A stretch of 47,298 bases of DNA from Nanobdellota archaeon (GCA_018896675.1 JAHIMK010000004.1:1-47298), one strand, 5' to 3'; positions 34,730 through 43,038 are shown, counted from the stretch's first letter. The notes: generated by a model from the sequence alone, not told the origin. Translations and numbers: made by a program.

Positions 34730-35020
34730 GAAGATTTTATGTTCCAATTAACAAAAGAAGAAGTTGAAAACTTGAGGTGTCAAAATGGTACTTCAAGAGC
34801 CAAACAATCTTTAAGGTCACAAAATGTGGCTTTAGAAGCAGAAGACTTGATGTCGTAAAATGCGACTTCAAGTAATGAACCTTCTTTAAGATTCCAAATT
34901 GGAACCTTAAAGATTAAAGGAGATTTAAGATTGCAAAATGCGACCTTAGAAATAAAAAGAGGTAAACATAAAAAATATTTGCCTTATGTATTTGCCTTAG
35001 CTAACAAAGCTAGTTGTTGA
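34730..35020 (+). pseudogene. ORF6N-domain protein C-terminal fragment with in-frame stop
   Basis: A single frame reads EDFMFQLTKEEVENLRCQNGTS..LRSQNVAL..LMS*NATS..LRFQIGTL..LRLQNATL..RGKHKKYLPYVF. This is the FMFQLTxEExxNLRSQxxTS...GGRRYLPYAFTE signature of ORF6N proteins. The N-terminal DNA-binding half is absent, there is a TAA at 34856-34858, and the 3' end runs into repeat R2. Confidence 0.75.
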
Positions 35021-35064
35021 TATAAAAGAAAGACAAAGCAATTAATGAAAGCTTCTATAATAAA
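34990..35064 (-). repeat. repeat R, copy R2 (partial, inverted)
   Basis: TTTGCCTTAGCTAACAAAG...AATGAAAGCTTCTATAATAAA aligns with R4 (CTTGCCTCTGCTTAACAAAG...AATGAAAGCCTCTATAACAAA). Confidence 0.7.
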
Positions 35065-35658
35065 TTATTTTTGACTTATAGATATATATGAATCACAAGT
35101 TTTATGAATTTTGATAATATTTAATTTTAAAGAATTTAACATTTCTTGTATCTCTTCTCTTTCATAAGCTTTTACAAAAGTATTGCTCTTTTTCATTAAA
35201 TATCCGTCTTTGAAAGGAATGCCTTTAGGCCTAACATATTTGTTTATGTCATAAGAGTTTCTTAAAGATAAAATAAAGTAACCACTTTCTTTAATTGCAT
35301 TATAAACTTTTTTAAAAACTTCTTGCCTTTGTTTTTCAGTTGGCAAAACTTGAATAACAAAATTTAACATGGCAGCATCATAATTATTTCTTAAAATCTC
35401 TGTAGAAACATTATTTACTTTCTTTACTTTTTCAACATCAATTCTTTCAACTTGCTCTTCTAAATCAACAGCATCAACTTTAAATCCTTGTTCAGCCAAA
35501 AATAAAGAATCTCTTAAGAATTTACCACAGCCATAATCTAAAACTGTTCTAACCTGTTTTTCTTGCAAAAAAGGAAGAATTTTCTCCTTCATTATTTTAT
35601 TAGGTTTTGTCTTGCTTGAAGAAAGGTGGTAAACAACATTTTCAATTGAAGGTTTCAT
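35065..35658 (-). CDS. class I SAM-dependent methyltransferase
   Basis: Motif I VLDYGCGKF, acidic KVDAVDL, and AAMLNFVIQVL. It has its own TATA-like box upstream on the minus strand. Confidence 0.8.
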   Translation of the reverse strand: MKPSIENVVYHLSSSKTKPNKIMKEKILPFLQEKQVRTVLDYGCGKFLRDSLFLAEQGFKVDAVDLEEQVERIDVEKVKKVNNVSTEILRNNYDAAMLNFVIQVLPTEKQRQEVFKKVYNAIKESGYFILSLRNSYDINKYVRPKGIPFKDGYLMKKSNTFVKAYEREEIQEMLNSLKLNIIKIHKTCDSYISISQK

Positions 35659-35698
35659 AAATCGTAGTAAAGTAAATAGTATATATTAAATTAATTGA

Positions 35699-35797
35699 TA
35701 AACTTTATAAAATAGCTATTTTTCAATTAAAAATATGTTAGTAAAAATATATGGTTTACTGGATTTTAATAATATTTAAGCTTAAAGAATTTAACAT
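35699..35797 (+). repeat. duplicated promoter and 5' end of the 37956 gene, fused to a 31-nt methyltransferase fragment
   Basis: 35699-35766 matches 37921-37987, with AAACTTTATAAAA and AAAAATATGTTAGTAAAAATATATGG(T/A)TTACTGGATTT identical. 35766-35797 matches 35112-35142 at 28/31. Confidence 0.85.
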
Positions 35798-35885
35798 AGT
35801 TTTAGAAACTTTCTTTGTTATTGTTTAGTTTGTTTTTTGTTGAGTAGGTTATTTGATGGCAGAGGTAAGTGTTATTGAGCTTAAT
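35798..35885 (+). repeat. repeat R, copy R3
   Basis: See R1. The inner end GCAGAGGTAAGTGTTATTGA matches the reverse complement of R4 at 19/20. Confidence 0.85.
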
Positions 35886-35977
35886 GTATGTTAATTTCAA
35901 TAAAATTTCCATTTTCAATTAATAAAATGCAAAGCTTTATATATTATTGACATCTTCTCTATGACAAGTGATATAAT

Positions 35978-36568
35978 ATGTATGACAAGACAGAAATTAG
36001 GATTTTGGAACAAATATATCTTAATCCCGGGATTCATAAGAGAAAACTTTCCAAGCAACTCAAATTAGGAATGCCATCTATAGATTACGGACTTAAAAAA
36101 ATAAATAAATTAATTAAACAGAAAAATGTAGGTAATCAGATTAATTATTTCTTGGATTATTCAAAAGAAATGCTTAGTTCAGCACTTGGCTCTGTTGAAC
36201 ATTCCAGATTTGAGAGACTCCCACCAAAAGTAAGATTATCTGTAAATGATTTCTTAAAAGAATTAGATGAAAAGCCAATAATTGCTGTTATTTTTGGTTC
36301 TTATGCAAGTAGCACTTATACAAAGAACTCAGATATTGACATTATGTTAGTTTTTCAGAAGATTGAGGATTCTAAGAAGATTGAAAATACTGCAAAGAAA
36401 ATTAGCATGAAAACCAATACACAATTAAATCCCGTTTATCTTAGTTATCAAGAATTCAAAGAATCATTCCACAATTTAACTAAGGAATTTTTCAAAAAGC
36501 TTAAGAAAGACAAGATAATTTTAATTGGAATTGAATGGTGGAGGCAATTAATTGATGAAGAAGCCTAA
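35978..36568 (+). CDS. nucleotidyltransferase (MNT-like) with N-terminal wHTH
   Basis: The N-terminal ~90 aa is HTH-like (ILEQIYLNPGIHKRKLSKQLKLGMPSIDYGLKKI). This is followed by the pol-beta NTase motif IFGSYASSTYTKNSDIDIMLVF (GS..DxD). Confidence 0.8.
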   Translation: MYDKTEIRILEQIYLNPGIHKRKLSKQLKLGMPSIDYGLKKINKLIKQKNVGNQINYFLDYSKEMLSSALGSVEHSRFERLPPKVRLSVNDFLKELDEKPIIAVIFGSYASSTYTKNSDIDIMLVFQKIEDSKKIENTAKKISMKTNTQLNPVYLSYQEFKESFHNLTKEFFKKLKKDKIILIGIEWWRQLIDEEA

Positions 36569-37097
36569 TTGGAAGATTTGGTTAAAAGACAAGAAAGAAT
36601 GTAAATTTTGGCTAGATAGGTATATCAAGAAAAAGATACTTAAGAAAAGTTCTAATGAATCAAGATTACACTTAAGAAGAACAGATCATAACTTAACTTT
36701 TGCCAATTGGATTATTGAAAAGCATAAGAATGAAATTCCAGAAGTTTTTGGTGGCGATAATTTTTATGATTGGGTAATCAGTATTTATTACTACGCAATT
36801 TATCATGCCGCTTTGGCTTTAATAAGTAAAGAAGGATTTACTTCAAAAAATCATTCTGCAACTTTGGCTTTTCTGATTTACCATCATTACCATTTGCAGA
36901 AAGCACTTGAAAAAGAAGATGTTGAATTAATCGCTAGTTCTTTAGACAGAGAAGATATTGAAATTCTTGGTGTTTCAAAGGAATTAAGAGAAAAAGCGTG
37001 TTATGATATTCATGAAATATTTGAGAAGAAATTAGCTGAGCAGATCAAGGAAGAAGCAGTTGATTTTGCAAATAAGATTAAGATGTTGTTGAAATAA
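36552..37097 (+). CDS. HEPN domain protein (partner of the nucleotidyltransferase)
   Basis: Overlaps the NTase gene by 17 nt. The all-helical pattern YYYAIYHAALALISKEGFTSKNHSATLAF is typical of NTase-associated HEPN proteins. Confidence 0.65.
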   Translation: MMKKPNWKIWLKDKKECKFWLDRYIKKKILKKSSNESRLHLRRTDHNLTFANWIIEKHKNEIPEVFGGDNFYDWVISIYYYAIYHAALALISKEGFTSKNHSATLAFLIYHHYHLQKALEKEDVELIASSLDREDIEILGVSKELREKACYDIHEIFEKKLAEQIKEEAVDFANKIKMLLK

Positions 37098-37189
37098 CTA
37101 TTTATCTTTACAGTTATCACACATAAATTGGAAGAATTTTCTGTATCCATCTGTTAACATTTTTCTTTTTAGAATAAATTGTAGACTTC

Positions 37190-37501
37190 AAAAACTGAAC
37201 TGGTCACAAATTGAGACTACTTTAAATCATTAAAATATTCTACTCAATTACCTTATATTTTTACAGAACAGGGTGTTGCAACACTTTCTGGGATTTTAAA
37301 AGCAAAAAAGCAGTTGAAGTTAATATTTAAATTATGAGGGCATTGGGAAATTATCCTAAAAAAAAACAAGATGTTGTAGGAGATTATGTTTCTGAAGAAT
37401 TACGGATAGCATTAGAAACATTGAATTCTATTAATGACCCACCAAAAGAAAATATTGTTTCTGTGGTTAGAGGTTCACTTGGATATTTACAGCGACCTTG
37501 A
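37190..37501 (+). pseudogene. degraded ORF6N-domain gene remnant
   Basis: LNWSQIETT (37198-37224), then in another frame LPYIFTEQGVATLSGILK (37248-37301), then after a further frameshift and stop KSKKAVEVNI*IMRA. These are conserved ORF6N C-terminal motifs scattered over three frames. The 55-aa ORF 37334-37501 is the tail. Confidence 0.65.
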
Positions 37502-37608
37502 GTTTACCCCTTTTCTAAAATTAGCATTTTAAAAATTGATTTTATTTTCTAAAAAAGAAAATTGGTAATTTCATTAATTATATAAAATCTCTTCTATTAA
37601 AACAATTA

Positions 37609-37780
37609 TGAAGATTTTAGCGATAGGAAATCCGCATGGAAAACTTCCAAAAAATTTAGATTCTATCATTAAGAAAAATAAAATAGAAATTATAATTTGT
37701 GTAGGGATATGGCATATATTCCTAAAAAACCTTGGATAGAAGATTCTTGGAAAGGCACCAGTCAAAAAGTAGTCTTTTAG
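37609..37780 (+). pseudogene. metallophosphoesterase N-terminal stub (frameshifted, truncated)
   Basis: MKILAIGNPHGKLPKNLDSIIKKNKIEIIICVG reads on as DMAYIPKK.. only after a 1-nt shift at the GGG run near 37708. It stops after ~57 codons. A leaderless-type TATA (TTAATTATATAAAA) is upstream. Confidence 0.6.
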
Positions 37781-37829
37781 TGTAAGCGTTCTTATCATCT
37801 AGGTCACAAAAAATTGAATATGAACATCT

Positions 37830-37926
37830 ATTAAGTATAATTCAATAACACTTGCCTCTGCTTAACAAAGAATTTCTTCTACCAAAAACAATACAAACAA
37901 AATAATGAAAGCCTCTATAACAAACT
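37830..37926 (-). repeat. repeat R, copy R4 (inverted)
   Basis: The reverse complement reads ..TTATAGAGGCTTTCATTATTTTGTTTGTATTGTTTTTGG...GCAGAGGCAAGTGTTATTGAAT.., collinear with R1 and R3. Confidence 0.8.
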
Positions 37927-37955
37927 TTATAAAACAATTATCTTAAATCAAAAAT

Positions 37956-38219
37956 ATGTTAGTAAAAATATATGGATTACTGGATTTAGCATTAGGAATA
38001 AACTTACTATTCTTATATTGGAATATCTTTCCATTTTCAGTATTAATCTTTGCCTTACCTATTTTAATCAAGGCAATCTATTACATTAAAGATCCTTCAA
38101 GCATTGTAGATTTAGTTGCTGTAATTTTTACAATTCTAGCTTTCTTAGGTTACTTTCCAATCTTTACATTTGTATTTGCGTTTTGGTTTTTACAAAAAGG
38201 CTTTAGAAGTATGTTTTAA
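37956..38219 (+). CDS. small membrane protein (87 aa)
   Basis: Three predicted TM helices. Promoter AAACTTTATAAAAC is upstream. The first 11 codons are duplicated at 35735-35767. Confidence 0.6.
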   Translation: MLVKIYGLLDLALGINLLFLYWNIFPFSVLIFALPILIKAIYYIKDPSSIVDLVAVIFTILAFLGYFPIFTFVFAFWFLQKGFRSMF

Positions 38220-39280
38220 TTATTTTTATAATAATCTTCAGATTCATTAGTATTATTATCACTATCTACACTACCATCAATAGTACCATCTGCACTATCA
38301 CCTGCAACAAATTTCTCTTCATCATCCTTTTCATTATTATTATTATTATTATCTACTATTTCTTCAATCTCTCTCTTGCCAATAGATTCTTCCTGCATTA
38401 TTTCTTGCCCAATCATGTTCAATGCCTTATTGAATGTAGTTCCGGCAATCATGCCTTTGGCTAAGTTGCCTTGACTGCCACCCGGCTTAACAATGTCCAT
38501 AAACTCTGTAGGAATCATCATCTTAGATGACTTCATGTTTTCTAAAGCTTTGATATATAGGTAAGTGGTAGTTTTATCATCAAATGTTTTTGTTCCTTCA
38601 CCTAATGCAGCTGTAATAATTCTTCTAGCTTCTGCCATGAATCTTTTGGCTTCAAGCTCTTCTTGTGCAACTCTCTTACCTCTTAATGCATCCATTATTT
38701 CTTCAGGAGGATCTAACTTTGCAATTTCAAAAGTTGTAATTTCTAGACCCCAATTTTCAGTAACAGAAGCAACCTGTTTTCTTAAAGCATCAGAAATATC
38801 TTCAATATTAATAACTAATTGAGTAAAAGTAAATTCTCCTGCTAAATCTCTAACTCTGCTTCTAATTAGTTCAACTAAGGCTTCTTTGTAATTTTGAATG
38901 TGTAATACAGATTTAACAGCATTAGTAACATAAAAATAAGCTATAGTTCCTAAATTTATCTCCAAACCTTCTTGAGATATGATTGGAATTTCAATATCTT
39001 GCCTTTGTTCTCTTAAATCGACAACAGCCCCAATCCTTTCCATACCAGGTATTAAAATAGTCCATCCAGAAGGTGAAGCTCTATGAAATCTGCCAAACCT
39101 GTAAATTAATGCAGATTCGTAAGGCTCAAACTTTTTAACAAAGAATTTGAAAAATATTACTAGAAACACAACAGCGCCAAACAATAATGCTATAGGGACT
39201 AGTACATTAGCTAATTGCAAAAGAATAATAATTGCTGCAAATATTAATAATGCTATTATGCCCCACATATGCTTTCTCAA
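38216..39280 (-). CDS. SPFH/band 7 (stomatin-prohibitin) family protein
   Basis: N-terminal TM helices, then an SPFH core (YESALIYRFGRFHRASPSGWTILIPGMERI .. RSRVRDLAGEFTF .. WGLEITTFEIAKLDPPEE..) and a coiled coil. The acidic/Asn-rich tail includes N6. Confidence 0.85.
   Translation of the reverse strand: MRKHMWGIIALLIFAAIIILLQLANVLVPIALLFGAVVFLVIFFKFFVKKFEPYESALIYRFGRFHRASPSGWTILIPGMERIGAVVDLREQRQDIEIPIISQEGLEINLGTIAYFYVTNAVKSVLHIQNYKEALVELIRSRVRDLAGEFTFTQLVINIEDISDALRKQVASVTENWGLEITTFEIAKLDPPEEIMDALRGKRVAQEELEAKRFMAEARRIITAALGEGTKTFDDKTTTYLYIKALENMKSSKMMIPTEFMDIVKPGGSQGNLAKGMIAGTTFNKALNMIGQEIMQEESIGKREIEEIVDNNNNNNEKDDEEKFVAGDSADGTIDGSVDSDNNTNESEDYYKNN
38333..38350. repeat. (ATT)6 microsatellite encoding Asn6
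   Basis: A perfect trinucleotide run inside the C-terminal tail of the SPFH gene. Confidence 0.8.
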
Positions 39281-39404
39281 TTAACAGCTGATTTAAATAA
39301 CTTATGCTTTTTCTTGCTAAAAAGTGGTTATATATTTAAAATAATAAATAAATTTATATAGGGGTATTAGATTTCTAACTTTAAAATTTTAAGGAGGAAT
39401 ATAA

Positions 39405-40061
39405 ATGGAGAATAAAATAACTTTAGAAAAAGTTGCAGATTTTAATTTCAATAAGATAAGGGAAGAAAGGATTGCACCACAATCTTTAACTTTTAGTCCT
39501 GATGGAAAATTATTGGCAGTAGCTTCAATAGATCGTGGCTTTAATAGTTTAGTTAATTTGTTTAAAATAGGTAAAAAATTATCTTTGAAAGATGAAGTGA
39601 TTATAGGAGACCATTATACTATTAAAGACGCTTTTTTTGATATTACAGGATCATATTTAATAACTTTAGGCAGTTATCCTTTTTATGGTTATCATCCATT
39701 AAAATCATTTAAATTAAATAAAGAGAAAATAAAATTAGGTTTTAGAAAGGATGGTATTTCAAGATCAGTTTCTTTATTAAAACAGAAAGATTTGAGTATT
39801 TTAGATTGTGCCTATTTGGATTATTGTAAGAAAGAAGAGATAGATAATTATTCATATATAAAACAAAAAGAACTTAAAAAACTTGATCTTGATTTTCTAA
39901 ATGAATTATCTAAAAAATCAAAGTTAAAGTTAAAAAAAGAAGAGAGATTATTATTGCCTGTACTTAGTCCTGATAATAGCCTCTTAGCAACTATTAGGCA
40001 TTTTGAGGGTCTTGGTGTTTCAGAGACATGTTTCTTAGATTTATATAAAATAAAGGCTTAA
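39405..40061 (+). CDS. hypothetical protein with beta-propeller-like SPDG motifs
   Basis: Strong SD AAGGAGG lies 8 nt upstream. LTFSPDGKLLAVAS and LSPDNSLLATI resemble WD40/TolB-like blade motifs. Confidence 0.55.
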   Translation: MENKITLEKVADFNFNKIREERIAPQSLTFSPDGKLLAVASIDRGFNSLVNLFKIGKKLSLKDEVIIGDHYTIKDAFFDITGSYLITLGSYPFYGYHPLKSFKLNKEKIKLGFRKDGISRSVSLLKQKDLSILDCAYLDYCKKEEIDNYSYIKQKELKKLDLDFLNELSKKSKLKLKKEERLLLPVLSPDNSLLATIRHFEGLGVSETCFLDLYKIKA

Positions 40062-40174
40062 ACTGTCTTTTTTTCTTTTTAATTTCTACATAGACCAAAC
40101 CACCCAAACATTTATAAAGGCCGATTTAATAACTACGGAATGATAAACCTAGAAAGCTTTTCGGAGGGCAAAAA

Positions 40175-42112
40175 ATGAAAATTAAGGCATTATTATGCAT
40201 GTTGGCAATTATGATTTTATCTATTGTGCAGGTTTCTGGCGTAGTAATATTCCATGATAGTTATTTGCAATTAAATAGTGTTTCATCAGTATCTGGTAAT
40301 CCAAATGATTTGGTTACTGTTATGTTTGAAGTAGAAAATATAGGTAATGATACTATTAATGAAATTCAAGTAATTAGTTCAAATTTAGTTTTAGTTGGTG
40401 GTGTAGAAACTATTCCAGCACCAGTAATAAATAGTATAACAAACTTACTAAAAAGCACTACACGGCAAAGTTCATTTGCTTTAACTATTCCTTCAGTCCC
40501 AGTAGGGGTTTATACTGGAGAATTAAGAACTATTGATATTAACGACCCTTTAAATGCTGACAAGGTTAATTATTCAGTTACTGTAACTGAGGCAAGGAAT
40601 TTTGATTTATCTACAAGCAGTTTAAAAATTACTTCTCAACCAAATGATGAAGGAGAAGCTAGGTTTACAATAACAAATACCGGAAGTTCAAATTTAATAT
40701 TTGATTTGGATACAGAAGGCAACTTTGTAGATGATGATTATGATCCAATTAACATATACTTTTCTGCAGTAGACCCATTACTTCCAGGACAAAGTGTAGT
40801 GGTAATTGTTACAGCTGATGTTGACAATAGTGTTGATGAAGAAGTATATTCAGGTAAGATTAAAGTTAAATCAGGAGATTTAGAAAAAAAGATTGATTTG
40901 ACTGTTGAAGTACAACCAAAAATTTGTAAGTATGGTATTGTGGGAAACTTAGAAATATCTTTACAAGAGCCAGATAATAATGAAGAATTTAGCCCTGGCG
41001 AAACTATGCAGGTAGAGGTCCGAGTTGACAATAAATATTCTAAAGATTTGGATGTTGTTGTAAAATTAATACTTTATAATATTGATGAAAATGAAGAAGT
41101 TGCTTCAGTAACTTCAGAAGAAGAAGAAATTAATGATGGCGATCATGACACTTATGATTTAAAGTTAAAAATACCAACTTCTGATTTGGATGAAGATGAT
41201 GAATATTTCTTGTATGCCAAAGCTTATGAGGCTGGCGATGAAGATGAACATTGTATCTTTGATAGAGTTAAGATAGTAATTGAGAGAGGCGACGATAACA
41301 TTATCGTTAAAAGTATTGAACTTGATAAAGATACATACTCTTGTAGAGATTTTGTATATGTTGATGTTGAAGTAGAAAACATTGGTACAGATGATCAAGA
41401 AGATGTTTACATCTTGTTAAAAAGCAGAGACTTAGGGGTTGACCTAAGATCAGAAAGATTTGACTTAGATGAGTATGATGATATTGATAGCAGTTATGGT
41501 GTAAGGTTTGAATTTGAAGTTCCAGCCGTTAAATCTGGCGAGTATTTTTTACAAGCTTATGTTAATTACGGTAACAATGAGCTTAATTCAGATTACATTA
41601 AGTTAGTAGTTGATGATTCTGTATGCTCAGTAAAAGAGCTAACAGAAGCTAGAATTGTTTTAACTCTAGTAGAACAAACAATTATAGTAAAACCAAGGCA
41701 AAAGAAGTTTGTAATTCCATTAAAAATTGAAAATATTGGTGGAAGTCAAGCTTCTTTCACATTAGATGTTAAAGAAGAATCTGGTTGGGCTAATGTAATT
41801 GGCGTAGAAGTTCCTGAAATTCTTAATGGTAGGGAAGTATACCATGCATATGTTTACATGGAATTGTTAGGCAATGTTGCTGAAGGCACCCATAACTTAA
41901 GAGTTAATTTAAGGAATGGCGATGCTTTATTGCAGTCAAAAATGCTTAACATTGAAATAGAAGAAGGAACATTAAATACTGGCGTTGAAGAATTGGATGT
42001 GGCTTGGTTAAGTAACATTTTTAGTGACAAAAGCAAATTGTTTTGGTTCATAGGAGATGCAGTTTTGGTAATTATTGCTTTATTCTTTATTAGGATGCTA
42101 CTAAGAAGATAG
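40175..42112 (+). CDS. surface (S-layer-like/CARDB-type) protein with C-terminal TM anchor
   Basis: SD GGAGGG and a signal peptide. Repeated beta-sandwich signatures (VMFEVENIGNDTINE, ARFTITNTGSSNL, VDVEVENIGTDDQEDV, LKIENIGGSQASF). C-terminal TM plus basic tail ..ALFFIRMLLRR. Confidence 0.7.
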   Translation: MKIKALLCMLAIMILSIVQVSGVVIFHDSYLQLNSVSSVSGNPNDLVTVMFEVENIGNDTINEIQVISSNLVLVGGVETIPAPVINSITNLLKSTTRQSSFALTIPSVPVGVYTGELRTIDINDPLNADKVNYSVTVTEARNFDLSTSSLKITSQPNDEGEARFTITNTGSSNLIFDLDTEGNFVDDDYDPINIYFSAVDPLLPGQSVVVIVTADVDNSVDEEVYSGKIKVKSGDLEKKIDLTVEVQPKICKYGIVGNLEISLQEPDNNEEFSPGETMQVEVRVDNKYSKDLDVVVKLILYNIDENEEVASVTSEEEEINDGDHDTYDLKLKIPTSDLDEDDEYFLYAKAYEAGDEDEHCIFDRVKIVIERGDDNIIVKSIELDKDTYSCRDFVYVDVEVENIGTDDQEDVYILLKSRDLGVDLRSERFDLDEYDDIDSSYGVRFEFEVPAVKSGEYFLQAYVNYGNNELNSDYIKLVVDDSVCSVKELTEARIVLTLVEQTIIVKPRQKKFVIPLKIENIGGSQASFTLDVKEESGWANVIGVEVPEILNGREVYHAYVYMELLGNVAEGTHNLRVNLRNGDALLQSKMLNIEIEEGTLNTGVEELDVAWLSNIFSDKSKLFWFIGDAVLVIIALFFIRMLLRR

Positions 42113-42174
42113 TAGCTATTTTCTTTATTTTTTTCATAAAAATATATAAACTCTTATTATATTTTTAGTTTAAA

Positions 42175-43038
42175 ATGATTAAAAAAGGACTTTTAACAGG
42201 TTTAGCTCTTTTACTAACTTCTGGTTGTGTATCAAAAGATTATGTAAAAGAACAAGTACAATCAGCCAAGGACTATGCCAGTATTCAAGCATTTCAATCT
42301 GAGTTAAGAGCATGGAATCTAGAACAAGAATTAGAAAAGTATAAACAAAAGTTTAGTTGTTGTTTTGATAAAGAATATGATTATGATAAGAGATGCATTG
42401 ATGGCACACAGTTTAATCTGGAGGATTTAGCCGGGGCAGTGTATGAGATCCAGATTTTTAATTTTCTTAAAGATAAACATGGCAATGAAATAAAGGCTCC
42501 GATTATTACGAAAGGTGCTGGGATTTTATTGGATAATGGCTATATATTGACTGCCAAGCATATTGTTAATCTTAAGATGATTTATAACTTTCCAAATGGA
42601 CAAACTTTAGAGAAACAAATAATGATTTTGGGAAGTGAAAAAAACTTTGCCTTCATTGAGCTGGTGAAGCAGAGCGAGAAGTATGATGTAGCTTTATTAA
42701 AAGTTAAAAGTAAGCATACTTTGAAATCTTATGATTTTAAATTTGGAAAGGCTGATGAATTGAAAAAGGGAGACTTTCTTTATTTTATCGGCGATCCCTT
42801 AGGTTTAGGAATAAGTTTGAGCCAGGCTATCTATGCCAATAAAAAAGTTCCTTACGACTCAACAATTTTCAATTTGAATATCCCTGTTGCTCATGGATAT
42901 TCTGGCGGACCAGTTATAGCATTTAGGGATGGCAACCCAGAAATTGTAGGAATAATTAAACTGACTTCAGAAAGCAATGCTGGTATTACAAAGATAGAAT
43001 ATGCATTAGAGGAATTTAAGGAGTATCTTCAGAAATAA
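42175..43038 (+). CDS. trypsin-like serine protease (S1 family) lipoprotein
   Basis: Lipobox LLLTSGC. Catalytic triad contexts TAKHIV (His), YDVALLKV (Asp) and AHGYSGGPV (Ser). Confidence 0.8.
   Translation: MIKKGLLTGLALLLTSGCVSKDYVKEQVQSAKDYASIQAFQSELRAWNLEQELEKYKQKFSCCFDKEYDYDKRCIDGTQFNLEDLAGAVYEIQIFNFLKDKHGNEIKAPIITKGAGILLDNGYILTAKHIVNLKMIYNFPNGQTLEKQIMILGSEKNFAFIELVKQSEKYDVALLKVKSKHTLKSYDFKFGKADELKKGDFLYFIGDPLGLGISLSQAIYANKKVPYDSTIFNLNIPVAHGYSGGPVIAFRDGNPEIVGIIKLTSESNAGITKIEYALEEFKEYLQK

Noticed and set aside
34770-34960. Periodic ~36-45 nt repeats that at first glance resemble a short CRISPR-like array.
   Set aside because: The units are degenerate rather than identical. They lack distinct spacers and sit in one reading frame encoding the reiterated ORF6N motif LRSQxxTS, so they are coding repeats. 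No cas genes or a true repeat-spacer array are present anywhere in the window.
37574-37798. Minus-strand ORF 37574..37798 (74 aa).
   Set aside because: The plus strand here carries a recognisable phosphoesterase N-terminus (MKILAIGNPHG..) behind a good promoter. The minus ORF is its F/I-rich antisense shadow.
34634-37926. An integron-like interpretation, with R copies acting as attC sites.
   Set aside because: The R copies are not internally palindromic as attC sites are. They occur in both orientations, the cassettes are not uniformly oriented or promoterless, and no integron-type tyrosine recombinase is present in the window. The TIR or recombination-repeat description fits better.
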